A stretch of 63,296 bases of DNA, counting the filler, from Cercozoa sp. M6MM (lineage: Eukaryota > Protista > Endomyxa: Ascetosporea), in NCBI GenBank assembly GCA_040357565.1. It is 9 parts of 9 records of this genome, joined end to end, with 100 filler letters (N's around TTAATTAATTAA, not from the genome) between each part and the next. Parts side by side here need not be neighbours in the genome. Positions count along the whole stretch, not along the records: positions 18,372 to 29,687 come from JBDODJ010000408.1; positions 29,788 to 31,668 come from JBDODJ010001893.1; positions 31,769 to 33,459 come from JBDODJ010001953.1; positions 33,560 to 35,177 come from JBDODJ010001973.1; positions 35,278 to 36,583 come from JBDODJ010002066.1; positions 36,684 to 61,635 come from JBDODJ010000155.1; 3 more parts are not named here. One strand, given 5' to 3'. Below are positions 25,459-38,172 of this stretch, piece after piece. The notes below the pieces were generated by a model. That model ran no database searches and was not told the DNA's origin. It saw only the letters and a program-made list of their open reading frames with translations. Both the position numbers and the translations under genes were made by a program. Position 1 is the stretch's first letter, and the number at the start of each line of letters is the position of its first letter.

Positions 25459-27996
25459 ATGGCCGAGGACGATCAGCACCTGCTCGCAGGTGGGGATGAA
25501 GGCCTAGACGAGCGGGAAGTTGGCGAGACGTCGAAGGACAAGACGCCAGCGAAGAGCGAGGCCGACAACATCCCGAGTGGACTGCCTTGGGACAAGCTCG
25601 TTGTGCTGCTGCTGATCCAGTTCACGGAAGCCTTCGCAACGACGCAGCTGGTGCCGTACGCGCCGCGTTTCGTTCGTCACCTGCTCAATCAGAACGACGA
25701 CGCGCACCACTGTCCACAGGACGCCGATGGCGAGATCTACGTCGGTCTGCTCAACTCGTGCTTCTCCATCGCGCAGTTCATCAGCTCTTTCATCTGGTAC
25801 GACTGCTTTGAGTGCTTTGAACATACACCTGTGTGCTATTTGACCTACCCCGTTGTCGCAGGGGCAATCTGGCCGATCAGTTCGGTCGCAGGCCGATTCT
25901 GCTGATCGGTCTGTTCGGCAACATGGCGACACTGCCGATCTTTGGTTTCTCCAGCACGCTCACGATGGCGATTCTCACGCGTCTCCTGTGCGGTCTCGTC
26001 AACGGCAATGTCGGCATCGTGCGCACCTATCTCGGCGAGGTGCTGTCTCTCGTCACGAGAGTCTGGTTTTTTAGGGCTTTGATTTCTCCTGTTTGTTTTT
26101 TCAGGTGCTGCACCGCACGCAACTGAGCAAAGGTTTCGGCCTTCTCGCGCTGTCCTACTCGGCTGGCATGATCATGGGTCCGCTCATGGCCGGTATGATG
26201 ACGTACGACCCGTGGATCGATGACGAGTACTGCTGGGACGAGCACAGGTAGTTTTATTGTTATTTGTCTTAATGTTTCGGAACTCGTGTGTTTTTGTCTG
26301 TACTGCTGAGTCTGTGCTGTGAATCTACTTCAGGAACGGCCCATTCGTGCCGGATCGATCTCACTGGCTGCGAGGCACGCTGTTCGAGGACTTTCCGTAC
26401 GCGCTGCCGAACATTTTGTCGGCATGTTTCACGGCCCTGGGTATGATGAGCCGAAAAGCCGAAAACAGAGAGCAGCGTTTCTCGTGTTGTGTGATTTTGT
26501 TTTTGCAAGAAGTACGTTGATTGTGTGTGTGCTGCTGGCAGCACTGTTGATTGGTTTCTTCACGCTGACGGAGACACTGGTGCTCGAGTCGGCCGAGGAG
26601 AAGACGCAGCCGCTGCTGGTTGATGAGGAGGCCGAGCAGAAGAAGAAGGCGTCGCCGAAGCGACTGGGCACGATCGAGGCGATGCGACTACTCGGCAAGA
26701 ACCGCAACTTTTTGATCGCTGCGGCGCAGTACTCGATCCTCTCGCTCGTGTTCCTGATGTTCATGACGATCTTCCCGCTTTGGGCTTCGCTGGACGATGA
26801 GCGGAGTGGCTGGTACCTCTCAGTTCTCTTCTTGTGTAGAGTGTATCCGTGTGTCTGCCAGGGAGTGGCCCGAGTCCAACATCGGCGTGGTGCAGGGTCT
26901 CGGTGGCGTCGGTATTTTGCTGACGCAGCTGCTGCTGTTCGCGCGACTCGTCAAGCGCTTCGGCCTGCTGCGCACCTTCAAGTTGGGTACTCTTCCTTTC
27001 ATCCCTTCACCCATATACCTTTCCCCTTTAACCCTTTACCCCTTTGCCTCTTGAACCCTTTATCCTTTACCCAATTACCCTTTACCCAATTACCCTTGAC
27101 CCAATGTCCGTTTACCCTGTATCCTATACCCTATACCCTATACCCTATACCCTTTACCCAATTACCCTGTACCCTGTACCCTGTACCCCTTTACCCCTGC
27201 CCATCCCTGTGTGCAGCGTGGATCCCAGTGTTTGTGCTGCTGCTGTCGTTCCCGCTGCTGGAGCTGCTGCAGACGGACGGTGCCAGGTGGGCCGTGATGG
27301 CGCCGTGGATGCTGCTGTTCTTCTCCTTCACAGGCGTGATCTACACGGTGACCTTCGTGCTCATCAACAACAGCGTGCCGAACTCGCAAAAAGGCTCGGC
27401 CAACGGACTCGGACAGTCGCTGGCGTCGCTGGTGCGCGCCTTTGGTCCCGTGCTTGGTGCCGCCATCTTCTCCTTGGGCGTCGACAGCGAGCCGAGTGAC
27501 GGCGGCTTCTGGCGCTACTTCCCGGTCACGAACCGGCACGCGCCCTTCTACCTCATGATCTACTTTGGCGTGGCCTCGCTGCTGCTCAACTTCTTGCTGC
27601 CCGACAGTATGAACTTCCCGTTCGACAACAATCCGCTCACCTCTGGTACTACCCCCTACCTGTAATTTGCCTACCTGTAGTATCCCTACCCCCCCCCCCC
27701 CCCCCGTAGCACAAGCCGAGCAGATCGAGGACATTGTGGTGGCCGACGATGTTAGCGACGGCTTTGGTGACGACTACGACCGTGCGTCTGTTTATACCCT
27801 CTCTCTTTACCCCCCCCCCCTCATACGTGTGTGTGCTGCACAGGGACGGTGCGTCGCATGAGTCACGCCTCGCAGATGAGCGACTTTGTCGATGATTACC
27901 CGAGCATCTCTGGTGCGTGCTAGACCCGATTGTTCTCATTGCATCTCACTGTATGATTTCTTGTCTCTTCCTGCAGACGACGAGGTCAGCAGCTGA
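25459..27996 (+). CDS. Major facilitator superfamily transporter (ZIFL/drug:H+ antiporter-like)
   Basis: MFS motif A WGNLADQFGRRPILL; RLLCGLVNGNVGIVRTYLGE; GSANGLGQSLASLVRAFGP. Confidence 0.92.
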
Positions 27997-28338
27997 TCCA
28001 TCAACTCGTCCTGTGACTGAACGGATTTGATGGAATTGATGTTTCGTCCGTTAATTACCTTCGGTTATGTGATTTGGATTTTTACATTGCGAACAGGACA
28101 GCCTTACTTCGCTTAGACGAGATGCGTCGTCCAAAATTTAACCGAAGCGGGTATTTGAAACTAGAGCGGACAGGTTACGGCACAGCGTTTCTCAGTTAAT
28201 GTCGATCAAGCGAAGTCTGTCGTCTGGCTCGTCAGCGCGGACGATCAAATCTAATGGTTAAATGAAGGATTTGCTTTCCCTGACTTCTTAGCTCGGGTCA
28301 AGCTTTCTACAGCGCACGCACTTTGACTGCAGTGCTTG

Positions 28339-28438
28339 CGACCACCTTTTCTACAAGGGTATGTCTAATCTGATTTAATCGACTCAATAAATCCTCCGAG
28401 CCTTCGACCACCTTTTCTACAAGGGTTGTCTAATCTGA
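28339..28438. repeat. Two near-identical 35/34-bp direct repeats separated by 31 bp
   Basis: cgaccaccttttctacaagggt(a)tgtctaatctga at 28339-28373 and 28405-28438. Confidence 0.85.
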
Positions 28439-28834
28439 CGAAACATTTCCTTCTTACTCGTCTTCAATACTTTAGTTACTGGTTTCCACACCGAAACATC
28501 TTGTAAGTTAGTTCAGTCTTTAGAAGATTGAAGCTGGGCGAAACGAAGCCGTCAAACCTGGGGTACGGGGTCGTTCACGCGTCTGCGCAGACTCCCTTGG
28601 CGTCAACGGTACTCTATGTATGTTATATATCTATACAGTATAATATGTACCTGCAAATAATGTATATGTATGTCGTCGATGAAACTTAAAGTAATCCCTT
28701 GTATTTTAATTAGGGCACACTTCCTGGTGTTTAGTGCAGGAGCAGGTGCCGACTGGATGATAACTGTGCCTACCCTAGAAATCTACGAGGGTTTTTCGTG
28801 CCGCTGACAGTCGCTTCGAGCCTTCAGTTCCAAT

Positions 28835-29411
28835 TTAGACCACCTCCGAGATCTACAGTGCCAGCAATAGTCGTAAGATATAGTACGCTCTAATTTAAAG
28901 CGTACCGTGAGAGTGTAGGGACCCTCGCTGTCAAGATAGCCGAACACTGCCACATACACCGTCTGGCACTGAACAAGCGGTGAAACATAAGTGTATGATT
29001 GGAGCAGTGGAGACGCGTTCGGCAGGTACGTTACCGCCATCAAGTCAGCCTCGAACTCTGTCGTCAGGCTGTTCGTGCATGAACCATTGTCGTCCTGTCC
29101 GGCGATGCACTGCGGCGTGCCTCCATTGTTGGCATCAAACACCACAATCTGTACAGTACATGTGCCATTTGTATCCCCTACTCCAGGCATGTGGTGCGAC
29201 AAGAGTCCTGTCGTACCTGGGTATCGAAGTCCGCATTGTCGCAGGTGGAGAACCGGTAAGTTCCTGCCGCCGGGACGCGCCAGCGGTACACGATGGATGG
29301 ATTATCTGCTTCATATGTCACTGAGTCCCCGCACTGCACATCAAGCCCGGTTCCTTGGAGAGTGACAGTTGTGCCGGTGCTCGTGTCGTCCGAAAAGACG
29401 AGCGGCAGCTG
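28835..29411 (-). CDS. C-terminal part of a protein with a bacterial-type PPC-like extracellular domain
   Basis: VYRWRVPAAGTYRFSTCDNADFDTQIVVFD..CIAGQDDNGSC..TVYVAVFGYLDSEGPYTLTI; upstream exons unclear. Confidence 0.65.
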
Positions 29412-29597
29412 CAAGAAAACCAATGGTCAGTCGATACTTTACCAGTATCGTGCAGAGAACGAGGAAGCGATACAGAAGTGGTGGAAGGAATGTTGCGTGT
29501 GCTGGCAGTGCTCGGAGGAATCCAAGCGGGCAACGGCATGCACGTATTGTTTTCGAATATATCGTCACCACTATGCAGCGACAGAAGGTAGTATCTT

Positions 29598-29687
<90 letters not shown>

Positions 29688-29787
29688 NNNNNNNNNNNNN
29701 NNNNNNNNNNNNNNNNNNNNNNNNNNNNNNNTTAATTAATTAANNNNNNNNNNNNNNNNNNNNNNNNNNNNNNNNNNNNNNNNNNNN

Positions 29788-29843
<56 letters not shown>

Positions 29844-29845
29844 TA

Positions 29846-30086
29846 GAGAACCGTACATGGATGGCGTGCCGCCGTTCGAGCTCAGATCGTCATGGACCGG
29901 TGGTCTCGAGCATTTGAGCGCATGGCTTGCTTTCTGATGATGGCGTGTCTGAGCCAAGGCGTAGACACTATTTTTATTTTGGTACCCGACCCAAAACAGG
30001 TACTCGCTCAAGTTGAATCCGACATCTCGTTTCTATCAGATTTTCTCTTCTGCGGGCATAGTACACAACACAAAGGTGGCTGCTGA
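29846..30086 (+). CDS. 3' end of an unidentified gene (2 exons)
   Basis: Acceptor after a CA tract; RTVHGWRAAVRAQIVMDRWSRAFERMACF..|VLAQVESDISFLSDFLF..stop. Confidence 0.4.
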
Positions 30087-30947
30087 GTAGCGCAATCTAT
30101 TCAATTCAGTCGATAAGTGTACACGCTTTCTGCAATCCAGTGGCGCCAATACGAAGTGAAGTTACGTTAACCTGCAGTCAACCGCAGTACTGCTCGTCAT
30201 GCTTACTGCGCTACTGCCTTCAAGATCTTACGTACAGTTGCTGAGACTCCTACATCAGACAGGTATCGTTCGGTTTTGTAAAGTTCCTTGGAACGTGCAA
30301 TTTAGTCATTATGCTTATTGACATCATATTTTATACTGTCGGAGAGGAGCGAGGTTTGGGTGACCGCTGGACTTCTTGTGAGGTCTCTGCTCGAAAAGAG
30401 AAGACACATCGACACGTGCAGAAATCATTCATGAAAACAAGTCTTGCGGCGACACAGGGCGCATCCCTGCTTACGTAGGGAGTTTAAGACCAGGTTAGTG
30501 GTCATTGTCGAGCCTTCTGGCCGCTGAAACTGACGCGACAATGCGACAACAAACGGACCAACTTTGGAGCTTTTGACACACTGCCAAAGCGCATAAGGTC
30601 TAATTTTTGTGTTACTGACGGTTGTCAGTGAAAAGAACTAAATACAGAAGTAAGTCGTCAATTCGACGAAGCGAAGTGAAGAAGTACCCCAACTGGGTCT
30701 GACGTCAAACTAGACGGAGTTGTAGACGGAATCTGCCGTCGCGAGGGCATCGTGAGACGATTAAAAACCCCTTCTCTCTACAGCAGCCAATGCTTACTTG
30801 TAGAGATGGATATCAGTACAAACTGCAGAGCAACTGACCAGCTGATGCCAAGTAGATGAAGGTTTTCTCTTTTGCCAACTGGCACGCTCAATCGCAGAGC
30901 CACAAACTCTTTCTCTTTTGCTTCAATGATAGGAGACCAACTGGTCT

Positions 30948-30990
30948 GTCTGGGTTCATCCCCGCGCATAATCTGAGTCAGTCTGTAACA
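30948..30990 (+). repeat. Copy of the LINE 3' terminal segment with two short gaps
   Basis: gtctgggttcatccccgcgcataatctgagtcagtctgtaaca is the reverse complement of 33578-33638 minus two short blocks. Confidence 0.75.
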
Positions 30991-31132
30991 ATTGGGCTGC
31001 ACTGACAGTTTTAAATTTCTACATCATTCGATTGATTATTTCCGTTCGCGTCGGTCGAGAGTCGACTGTTTGAAGAAAAAGTTGAGGTTTGATAAGCAGC
31101 CGACGCTAGTCGGTATGCGATGCTCCAGTTCG

Positions 31133-31668
31133 CTAGGCGAGATTAGCCGAGTTGGGGAGCTGCAGCTCAGCTACTCGCAGAAAGAGAGACTCCAGCAGCG
31201 AACCTGCACGTTGATGCGCGGCTTGTGCGGGTACGGGATCTACTTGCAGGGGGTGTACGGGAGAGGAAACACAGATAGACGGAGGGGGTACATCTTGCTC
31301 GTCGTTGAGCGTGAATTCACCAAACACGAGCTGACCGCCATCCATCAGAGTGTCGTGCTTGCCGTCGCTCGCTTCGACAACAGGTGTGGGGGGAGGTCAA
31401 CACACACCTCTCAGTCCAGAAGGTAGAAAAGTCAGTACCTGTGCCCGGCAGAAGGAAGCGTCGCTGGCCGAGAGGACGGTCCGGCATCCAGCGTCGCTTG
31501 TCAATCACCTGGATCAGTAGCTCACGCGGCTCCTGTGTACCACCTAGAGACACACTCACACACCGCCATACGCAAGAGTACACACAGGCCAAAAAGAACA
31601 ACAAGCATCGCGTACAGTCCAGCGGCAGTGTGAAGGTGGCGCGTCCTTCCAATGGGTCCCACAACGGT
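31133..31668 (-). CDS. 3' part of a C2-domain-like protein
   Basis: WDPLEGRATFTLPLD|EPRELLIQVIDKRRWMPDRPLGQ matches the C2 pattern FxF..LxIxVxD....D..LG. Confidence 0.55.
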
Positions 31669-31768
31669 NNNNNNNNNNNNNNNNNNNNNNNNNNNNNNNN
31701 NNNNNNNNNNNNTTAATTAATTAANNNNNNNNNNNNNNNNNNNNNNNNNNNNNNNNNNNNNNNNNNNN

Positions 31769-31815
<47 letters not shown>

Positions 31816-31816
<1 letters not shown>

Positions 31817-32445
31817 GAGCTACTCTGCCGCCTGCTGCAGAGTGCGCATGCAGCACCAGCCGTGCTGGCCTACATGAACGCGCACCTGGACGTGTCTGGC
31901 GGCGCCGACGGCGTCGCGAGCGGCATGCAGTCGGGCGCCGACGCCGACGACTCCTCTGGTGGCGTGCTCGTGTGCTTGCTGCGTCGTGCCAGGACAAGGT
32001 ATCTACCTCACCTCTGATGATAATCATTTCGTACATCGTGCACCTACTGTCGCTTGCAGACAACAAAAGGCCTGGCTGCTTCGCTGCGTGGCGCTGCAGC
32101 TGTCACTGTACCCGCGTCAGTCGCTCTCGGCCGTGCGCGCGCTGTTGCGCCACGACGTGCTGCTGCACACGTTCTCCGAGGTACCCCTCCCCGCGCGCTG
32201 TTTTGTTCCTACTTATCCAAGTGTGTCGTTTTTGTGTGGTGCAGCTGTGCCGTGTGTCGACGCAGGAGCTGCGAGCGAACGCTCCGTCGGTGCAGCAGGT
32301 ACTGCGACAGGCCGGCGTGGACACGACGCAGATGCCTGTGCCGACGCAGGGCGGCCTCGTCGACGTGCAAGGACTGCACTCTCGTCTGGCGCGACTCGCC
32401 GCCTCTCCGCAGCCTATCGTGCGTTCGCTTCGATCCCTGCGTACC

Positions 32446-32478
<33 letters not shown>

Positions 32479-33369
32479 ATGTATGTATGTATGTATGTAT
32501 GTATGTNNNNNNNNNNTATGTATGTATGTATGTATGTATGTATGTATGTATGTATGTATGTATTTGTGTGCGTGTGTGTGTGTGTGTGTGTGTGACAGAG
32601 TCAAGAGACGGTGCAGCACATCGTGCAGACGGCAGTGGCGCAGAACGAGGCGGCGCGCGGCACGGCTGCGGCACTCGCACTCTTCCGAGGTACACCTTCT
32701 CTGCCAGAGTAGTTTCTCAGATATCACGGAGACTTAAACGTGCTTGCTTGCATCCTTCTGGTCTGCAGGCTGGCGGTGGCTCGCGCATGCAGTGCTTCGC
32801 ACGAGATGCGCATCAGACAGTACAATATATATATATATATATACACATACGCAAATACGTTTATAAATATACCTTCCGGTGTTCGTGTTGTACTTGAAAC
32901 TCGTATGTAGCCGAACTCAAAAGCGACTTGGTTGAGGCCGCTTTTGGCCTGTGTCGCAAGGCGTTGGGCGAACTGGCACGTGATGACGATGAGGTACCCT
33001 TCCCTCTAACTTGTGTTAAGTCTGTCAATGTGTCTGTGTCTGTGTCTGTGTAGTGCCTATGGACTCACGTGCGACTTGGCCACACGTTGAGTGCTCAGCT
33101 GGCTGCCTCTGCACTGCACGCCATCCGTCGGGTGCCCTGCCTCTCCATACCACCCTCTTCCTGTTAAATAGTGTGTGTGTCTGTGTATGTGTGAGTAGGC
33201 ACGTGGCAGCACGCAGTGGCCGTCGCTGTTGGACATGGCGGCACGTGCGGTGGAGTGCGCACGCGACGATGACACGCGCGCTTCGCTTATGCTCTGCGTC
33301 GGCGCCGTGTTGCAGCGCCTGGACGTCAGCGCCACCGACGTCGCACCCGCTCTCCTGCGCCGTGATGGT
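31816..33369 (+). CDS. Nup205/Nup192-like nucleoporin, internal fragment
   Basis: Order of motifs resembles Nup205 as I recall it: ELLCRLL..PAVLAYM, QQKAWLLRCVALQL, VDVQGLHSRL, AVAQN...LFRGWRWL. Confidence 0.65.
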
Positions 33370-33406
33370 GACCTTGCCTGACCATACATAGATGTACATA
33401 TACGGA

Positions 33407-33459
<53 letters not shown>

Positions 33460-33577
33460 NNNNNNNNNNNNNNNNNNNNNNNNNNNNNNNNNNNNNNNNN
33501 NNNTTAATTAATTAANNNNNNNNNNNNNNNNNNNNNNNNNNNNNNNNNNNNNNNNNNNNAGTTGAGTCTTAAAGGGA

Positions 33578-34841
33578 TGTTACAGACTGACTCAGCGTCA
33601 GATTATGCAGCGCAGTCTCCGCGGGGATGAACCCAGACCGGGGTGGGTCACAAGAGCATGGCCGTGTCTACCGCCCGCTTAGGGTAGGGCCATACAACTC
33701 CCTCCCCTTTTGACGTTCGGTTCCCCCGGACAACGAAGTCGACTTCATGGTTGGAGCAGGTAGCGGGCTACAAGTAGAGAGGCGTTGTCCTGCTGGGAGA
33801 AGGCTGGTTGTCCTTCGACAGTTGCTTCCTCGTCCCAGGAGATCTTGGTGCCTTGGTGCGTTCTGTTGAGTGTTGCTAGGTTCTCAGGGTTGGCCCAGTT
33901 GAAGACAATGTCTTCAATTGTGCGCCATTGAGCCGCATTGGTGTTGTTTCTGATAGCTTCCGTTTCCTTGCCTTCCAGCAATCGGTGGTACATGTCGAGA
34001 GTGTCTTCTGCATTTTGCCCAGGTGCCCGCGCAGTCGGGGCGGGGCACTCATTTAATTCGCGTTTTTGAGGTGTTGTCAGGTGCAGGATTGTTCCTTTGT
34101 TGTCAATCAGGAGTGCGATACGAATTTCGCCTTTTTCTTTAGCATGTTTGATGCATTGCATTATGGCGACCCTTTCTGCATCATAGATAGTCGCGTTGGT
34201 GATTTTGCCATTGCCAGATCTTAGTCTTCCATTGACTGGTTTTCCTGATGTCCAGCCGTAGCCTGCCTGCTTCGCTTCCGGCGAGGCTGCCGTCAGCTGC
34301 GTACACTTGTTGTATCTCTGCTCTGTTCGAGAGGTCACGTATCAGTCGGAGCCACTTGTGCTTGTGGTGTTCAGCATCCGTTTTCCGTATTGACCATGTC
34401 TCGTGTTCTCTGGGTCTGTTCGCTGTCTTGATGATCCCTACCGAGGATCTTTCTTCATCTTTGTGGTATTTCGCTCAGTTCAGCGTCGGTGATCTTGCGG
34501 TTTGTGGCTGCTCTTCTCCAAGCAGAAATTGGTGTGGTGTCAGTTTGTAGACACAGTGTGCTCTCTTTAGCGTAGTGATTGATTAGTTCTGTCGCTTCTG
34601 CTCGTTCTGCCATCTCTCCGATTGTTCCTGTGTCGGTGATGGTGTACACTGCCTCGTTGGGAGAGCTCGTGGGTAGTCTCATGCAGATCCTCAGGGCGGT
34701 GCGTTGTGTTATTTCGAGTTTTCTCCTCCATTTTGTGCTGCAATTTTGTGCCACCAGAGCGCGATGCCGTATCGAGCGCATGACGTGACAGTATCCATGC
34801 TTTGTAGATCTGTACGCTAGGTAGGTATTGTGTGAGTCCAC
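33578..34841 (-). mobile_element. Degenerate 5'-truncated non-LTR retrotransposon (post-RT linker + RNase H + 3' UTR)
   Basis: Intronless; KLEITQRTALRICMRLPTSSPNEAVY is a typical post-RT segment; RNase H motifs VYAADGS (frameshifted), IYDAERVAI, LLIDNKG. Confidence 0.8.
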
Positions 34842-35048
34842 GTCCGTACTGTTCAGTTCAATTAAGTAACTGCACTAATCTGCCGATGTGAACTAGCCTG
34901 TACGTGGGATAATGCCCGGGCGCTTGGATACGACGCGCTGCGCATGCGAGCGACCGTCATGACCACGTGACATGCCACAACGATGCGAACGGAAAAGAAA
35001 ATTGCCAGCCACGCCGTTCAGGCGGCAACGTTGAGAGCCCAGTGAAAA

Positions 35049-35107
35049 TTACTGTTTGTGCTGCAGGATGTCGAGCGAGTTGATGACCGGGTCGACCGTG
35101 TAGGTCT
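35049..35107 (-). CDS. Terminal exon of an unidentified gene
   Basis: TGTAG acceptor, then TYTVDPVINSLDILQHKQ-stop. Confidence 0.4.
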
Positions 35108-35127
35108 CTACAAAGCAGAAACACATA

Positions 35128-35177
<50 letters not shown>

Positions 35178-35295
35178 NNNNNNNNNNNNNNNNNNNNNNN
35201 NNNNNNNNNNNNNNNNNNNNNTTAATTAATTAANNNNNNNNNNNNNNNNNNNNNNNNNNNNNNNNNNNNNNNNNNNNAACAGGGGGGTAAACACC

Positions 35296-36583
35296 TCACG
35301 CAGCCCCGCCAGCAGCGCAGTGGCATAGCTGAAAGCGTCCTCGCGTCGCACACCGCCGCCCAATTCCTCCACACCGCCTAGAGAGTCCGACCTGTTCGGG
35401 GTAGGGTAAGAGGGGGGTAAAGGGGGTAAGGGGGTAAAGGGGTAAAGGGGAGGGGTAAGAGTACACAGAGTGCTCGCTGAGCGCGTCGCCCGCAGGGTAC
35501 TCGTACTTGATGAGTCGCTCCATCAGCTCCATCGTCAGCATCGACAGGCGCGCCGACAGTCGGTTGCCCTGCGGGTCCTCCAGGAACGGCAGCAGCACCA
35601 CGTCACGCAGGTACTTTAGCGCCTGCCGGGGGTGTAAGTACGTGGATAAGATGGGCGGTAAGATGGGGGGGGGGCAAGATGGGGGCAAGATGGGGGGTAA
35701 AACCTGCATCTCTTCCACCAATCGCTCCGCTCTGTCCGGCAACGGCAGCGATGGATTGCTCGCCTGCTCGGGGGTAAGGGTAGGGTAAGGAGGTCGGCCA
35801 CGGAGCCCGCGACCCGGGCGGCCCGGGGGGGGGGGTACACTGCCAATGACACGACGTTTCACATTGCGAAACCAGTCGCGGTGCTTGGTCCGTCGTGGCC
35901 ACAGGTCGTCCTACCAATGGTACAACATGAACAGAGTACAAACTGGACAGGGTACACTGGACAGGTACAAGCTGGACAGGGACAAATTGAACAGGTATAA
36001 ACTGGACAGGCAGAGTCGTATGTACCTGCAGGACACGTGCCACGTGGTTGCCATACGCTGCCTCTGAGTGGTCCTCACTGTCGACGTTGTGCGGACCCAG
36101 CTCGCCGTACTCCAACAGACCCAGCAGTCGCATGAACGTGCCTGGCTTTAACAACTCCTCCAGCGCACCCACCTGTGCGGGGGGGGGGGGTAAAGGGACG
36201 GGGCGGGGCCGCCGGGTAGACTACCTCGAGCTGCAGCAGGCAGCGCGCGATGCCAAAGAGTCGTCCGAGCGTCTCGCCACGCGTCTCGGCGTTCAGCGCA
36301 CCCTCGCACTCGCCTTCCACGCGGTCGAACAGGTCCTGCCGTCACAGGGGGTAAGGGAACAGCAGGTAAAACGAGCGGGGGGGGGGGAAGATAACAGTGT
36401 ACGAACAAATCGTCCAAAAATGTGGTTTCCTTCAGCGTTTGGTTCACTGGACATCGAGGGGATAAAGAGGGGTCAAGGGAGGTAGGGAAGTACAGGGTCT
36501 CACTACCCTTGCTAATGGCACGCGAGTTGTATGACGGATAGGGCGCGAACGGATTGCCCATCTGCTGCGGCAGTGCCGACTGT
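35296..36583 (-). CDS. PP4 regulatory subunit 3 (SMEK/Psy2, SMK-1 domain), internal fragment
   Basis: FLDDLFDLFDRVE..LGRLFGIARCLLQL..EELL..LLGLLEY..KHRDWF..LKYLRDVVLLPFLED follows the SMK-1 motif order. Confidence 0.78.
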
Positions 36584-36764
36584 NNNNNNNNNNNNNNNNN
36601 NNNNNNNNNNNNNNNNNNNNNNNNNNNTTAATTAATTAANNNNNNNNNNNNNNNNNNNNNNNNNNNNNNNNNNNNNNNNNNNNACACACACATATATATA
36701 TATATATTATATATATATATATATATATGCATCGAGTACTTGGAGAGCACATATGATGTTGTAC

Positions 36765-38054
36765 CGTGAGGAAGGGCACATCGAGTGCACGCAGCACATG
36801 CAACCACTCCTGCTGCTGCTGCTGTTGTTGTTGTTGTTGGCGGTGGTGCTGTTGTTGTGAGCGAGAAGACACCGCAGCCTGGGCAACTGCACACACATAC
36901 ATCTACATGTATGCTTATATATCTGTACATGTAGCGGCATAGACATAGTTCTACACCTATGTGAGAGTACCACAGATGAGCTGGTCGCCGACGCTTTCGA
37001 CAGCGGCATGCAATGTGGCGCCGTTCGTGCAGATCGCCAGCGGCAAAACCTTGCGCATTCTTTATTGCACAACAAAATATTTAAAAAAAAAAATATATAT
37101 AAACATATAGAAGTATGCATGCAGTACCGAAACCAGAGGGCAGCGGCCTTGGTCGGCGACAGTTGCGCTGACAGCACGATGCGATAGGCCGCCGCGCCGC
37201 TGCGACCGGGTGAGCTGCCGGTCTTGTTACTACCGGGCGTGCTAGTCTGCAAGGCGACGCAAATATCCGAAGACTCACCAGGCGACTGAAGTGCTCTGCC
37301 TCATGTATCAATGAGTCTTCTGTGGGGTGTACCCCCTCTGACTGAACAGTGTACCTGAGAAGTAGACCACGCGACACTGCACCATGAACTGCCGCCTATA
37401 TTCGCATTACTACTGTATCAACACACACGCGCGCATTCTCTTTCTCTCTTATGCACATGTACCACAAAGGGTAGGTCGACATGGCGGAGGCAGAACTCGC
37501 CGAGTGCCTTCCACAGGGAGGCACTCTGTGTCTGTGTGGTGAACACTTATCTCAACACTTATCTCTGCTGTCGATACGCACACTGTATACATGCTGTACA
37601 GTAAGCACACCTGCGAACACACAAAAGCGTCGAAGAGAACGCGCGGCGCCGAGTGTCCCAGCGTGCGGAACAGATGCGTGTGCGACGGCAGCAGCACCAC
37701 GTCCTAACACATATACATAAAGTGCATTTGCATATGCATACATGTATAGATGTATATAAGGATGCTACGGCAATGGCGATAAGCAGCTGCAGCAGCACGG
37801 CCCAGGTGCGCGGCGTCAGGAGGTGCGACTGCAGTCGCGCAATGTTGGCGAACATCTCAAGCACCTGAGAGTTCGCATGCACCGTTCATATGTAGAAACA
37901 ATTTAGATATGCTACATAAATATAAGGCTACCATGCTAGCCTGCTGCACGATACGTCGCGTGATCTCGCTGTCTGGCAGCGATGACGTGGCACTCAGCGC
38001 GTTCTGTTGACTGTGTTGCATTTGTACACACCATATATACACATACATATCCAG

Positions 38055-38114
<60 letters not shown>

Positions 38115-38124
38115 NNNNNNNNNN

Positions 38125-38172
<48 letters not shown>

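Noticed and set aside
28339-28438. CRISPR array
   Set aside because: Only two repeats, no cas genes and a eukaryotic context; kept only as an unexplained repeat
30090-30940. tRNA, snRNA or rRNA in the larger intergenic regions
   Set aside because: No cloverleaf or known RNA motif recognisable by eye; an Infernal/tRNAscan run is needed to exclude them
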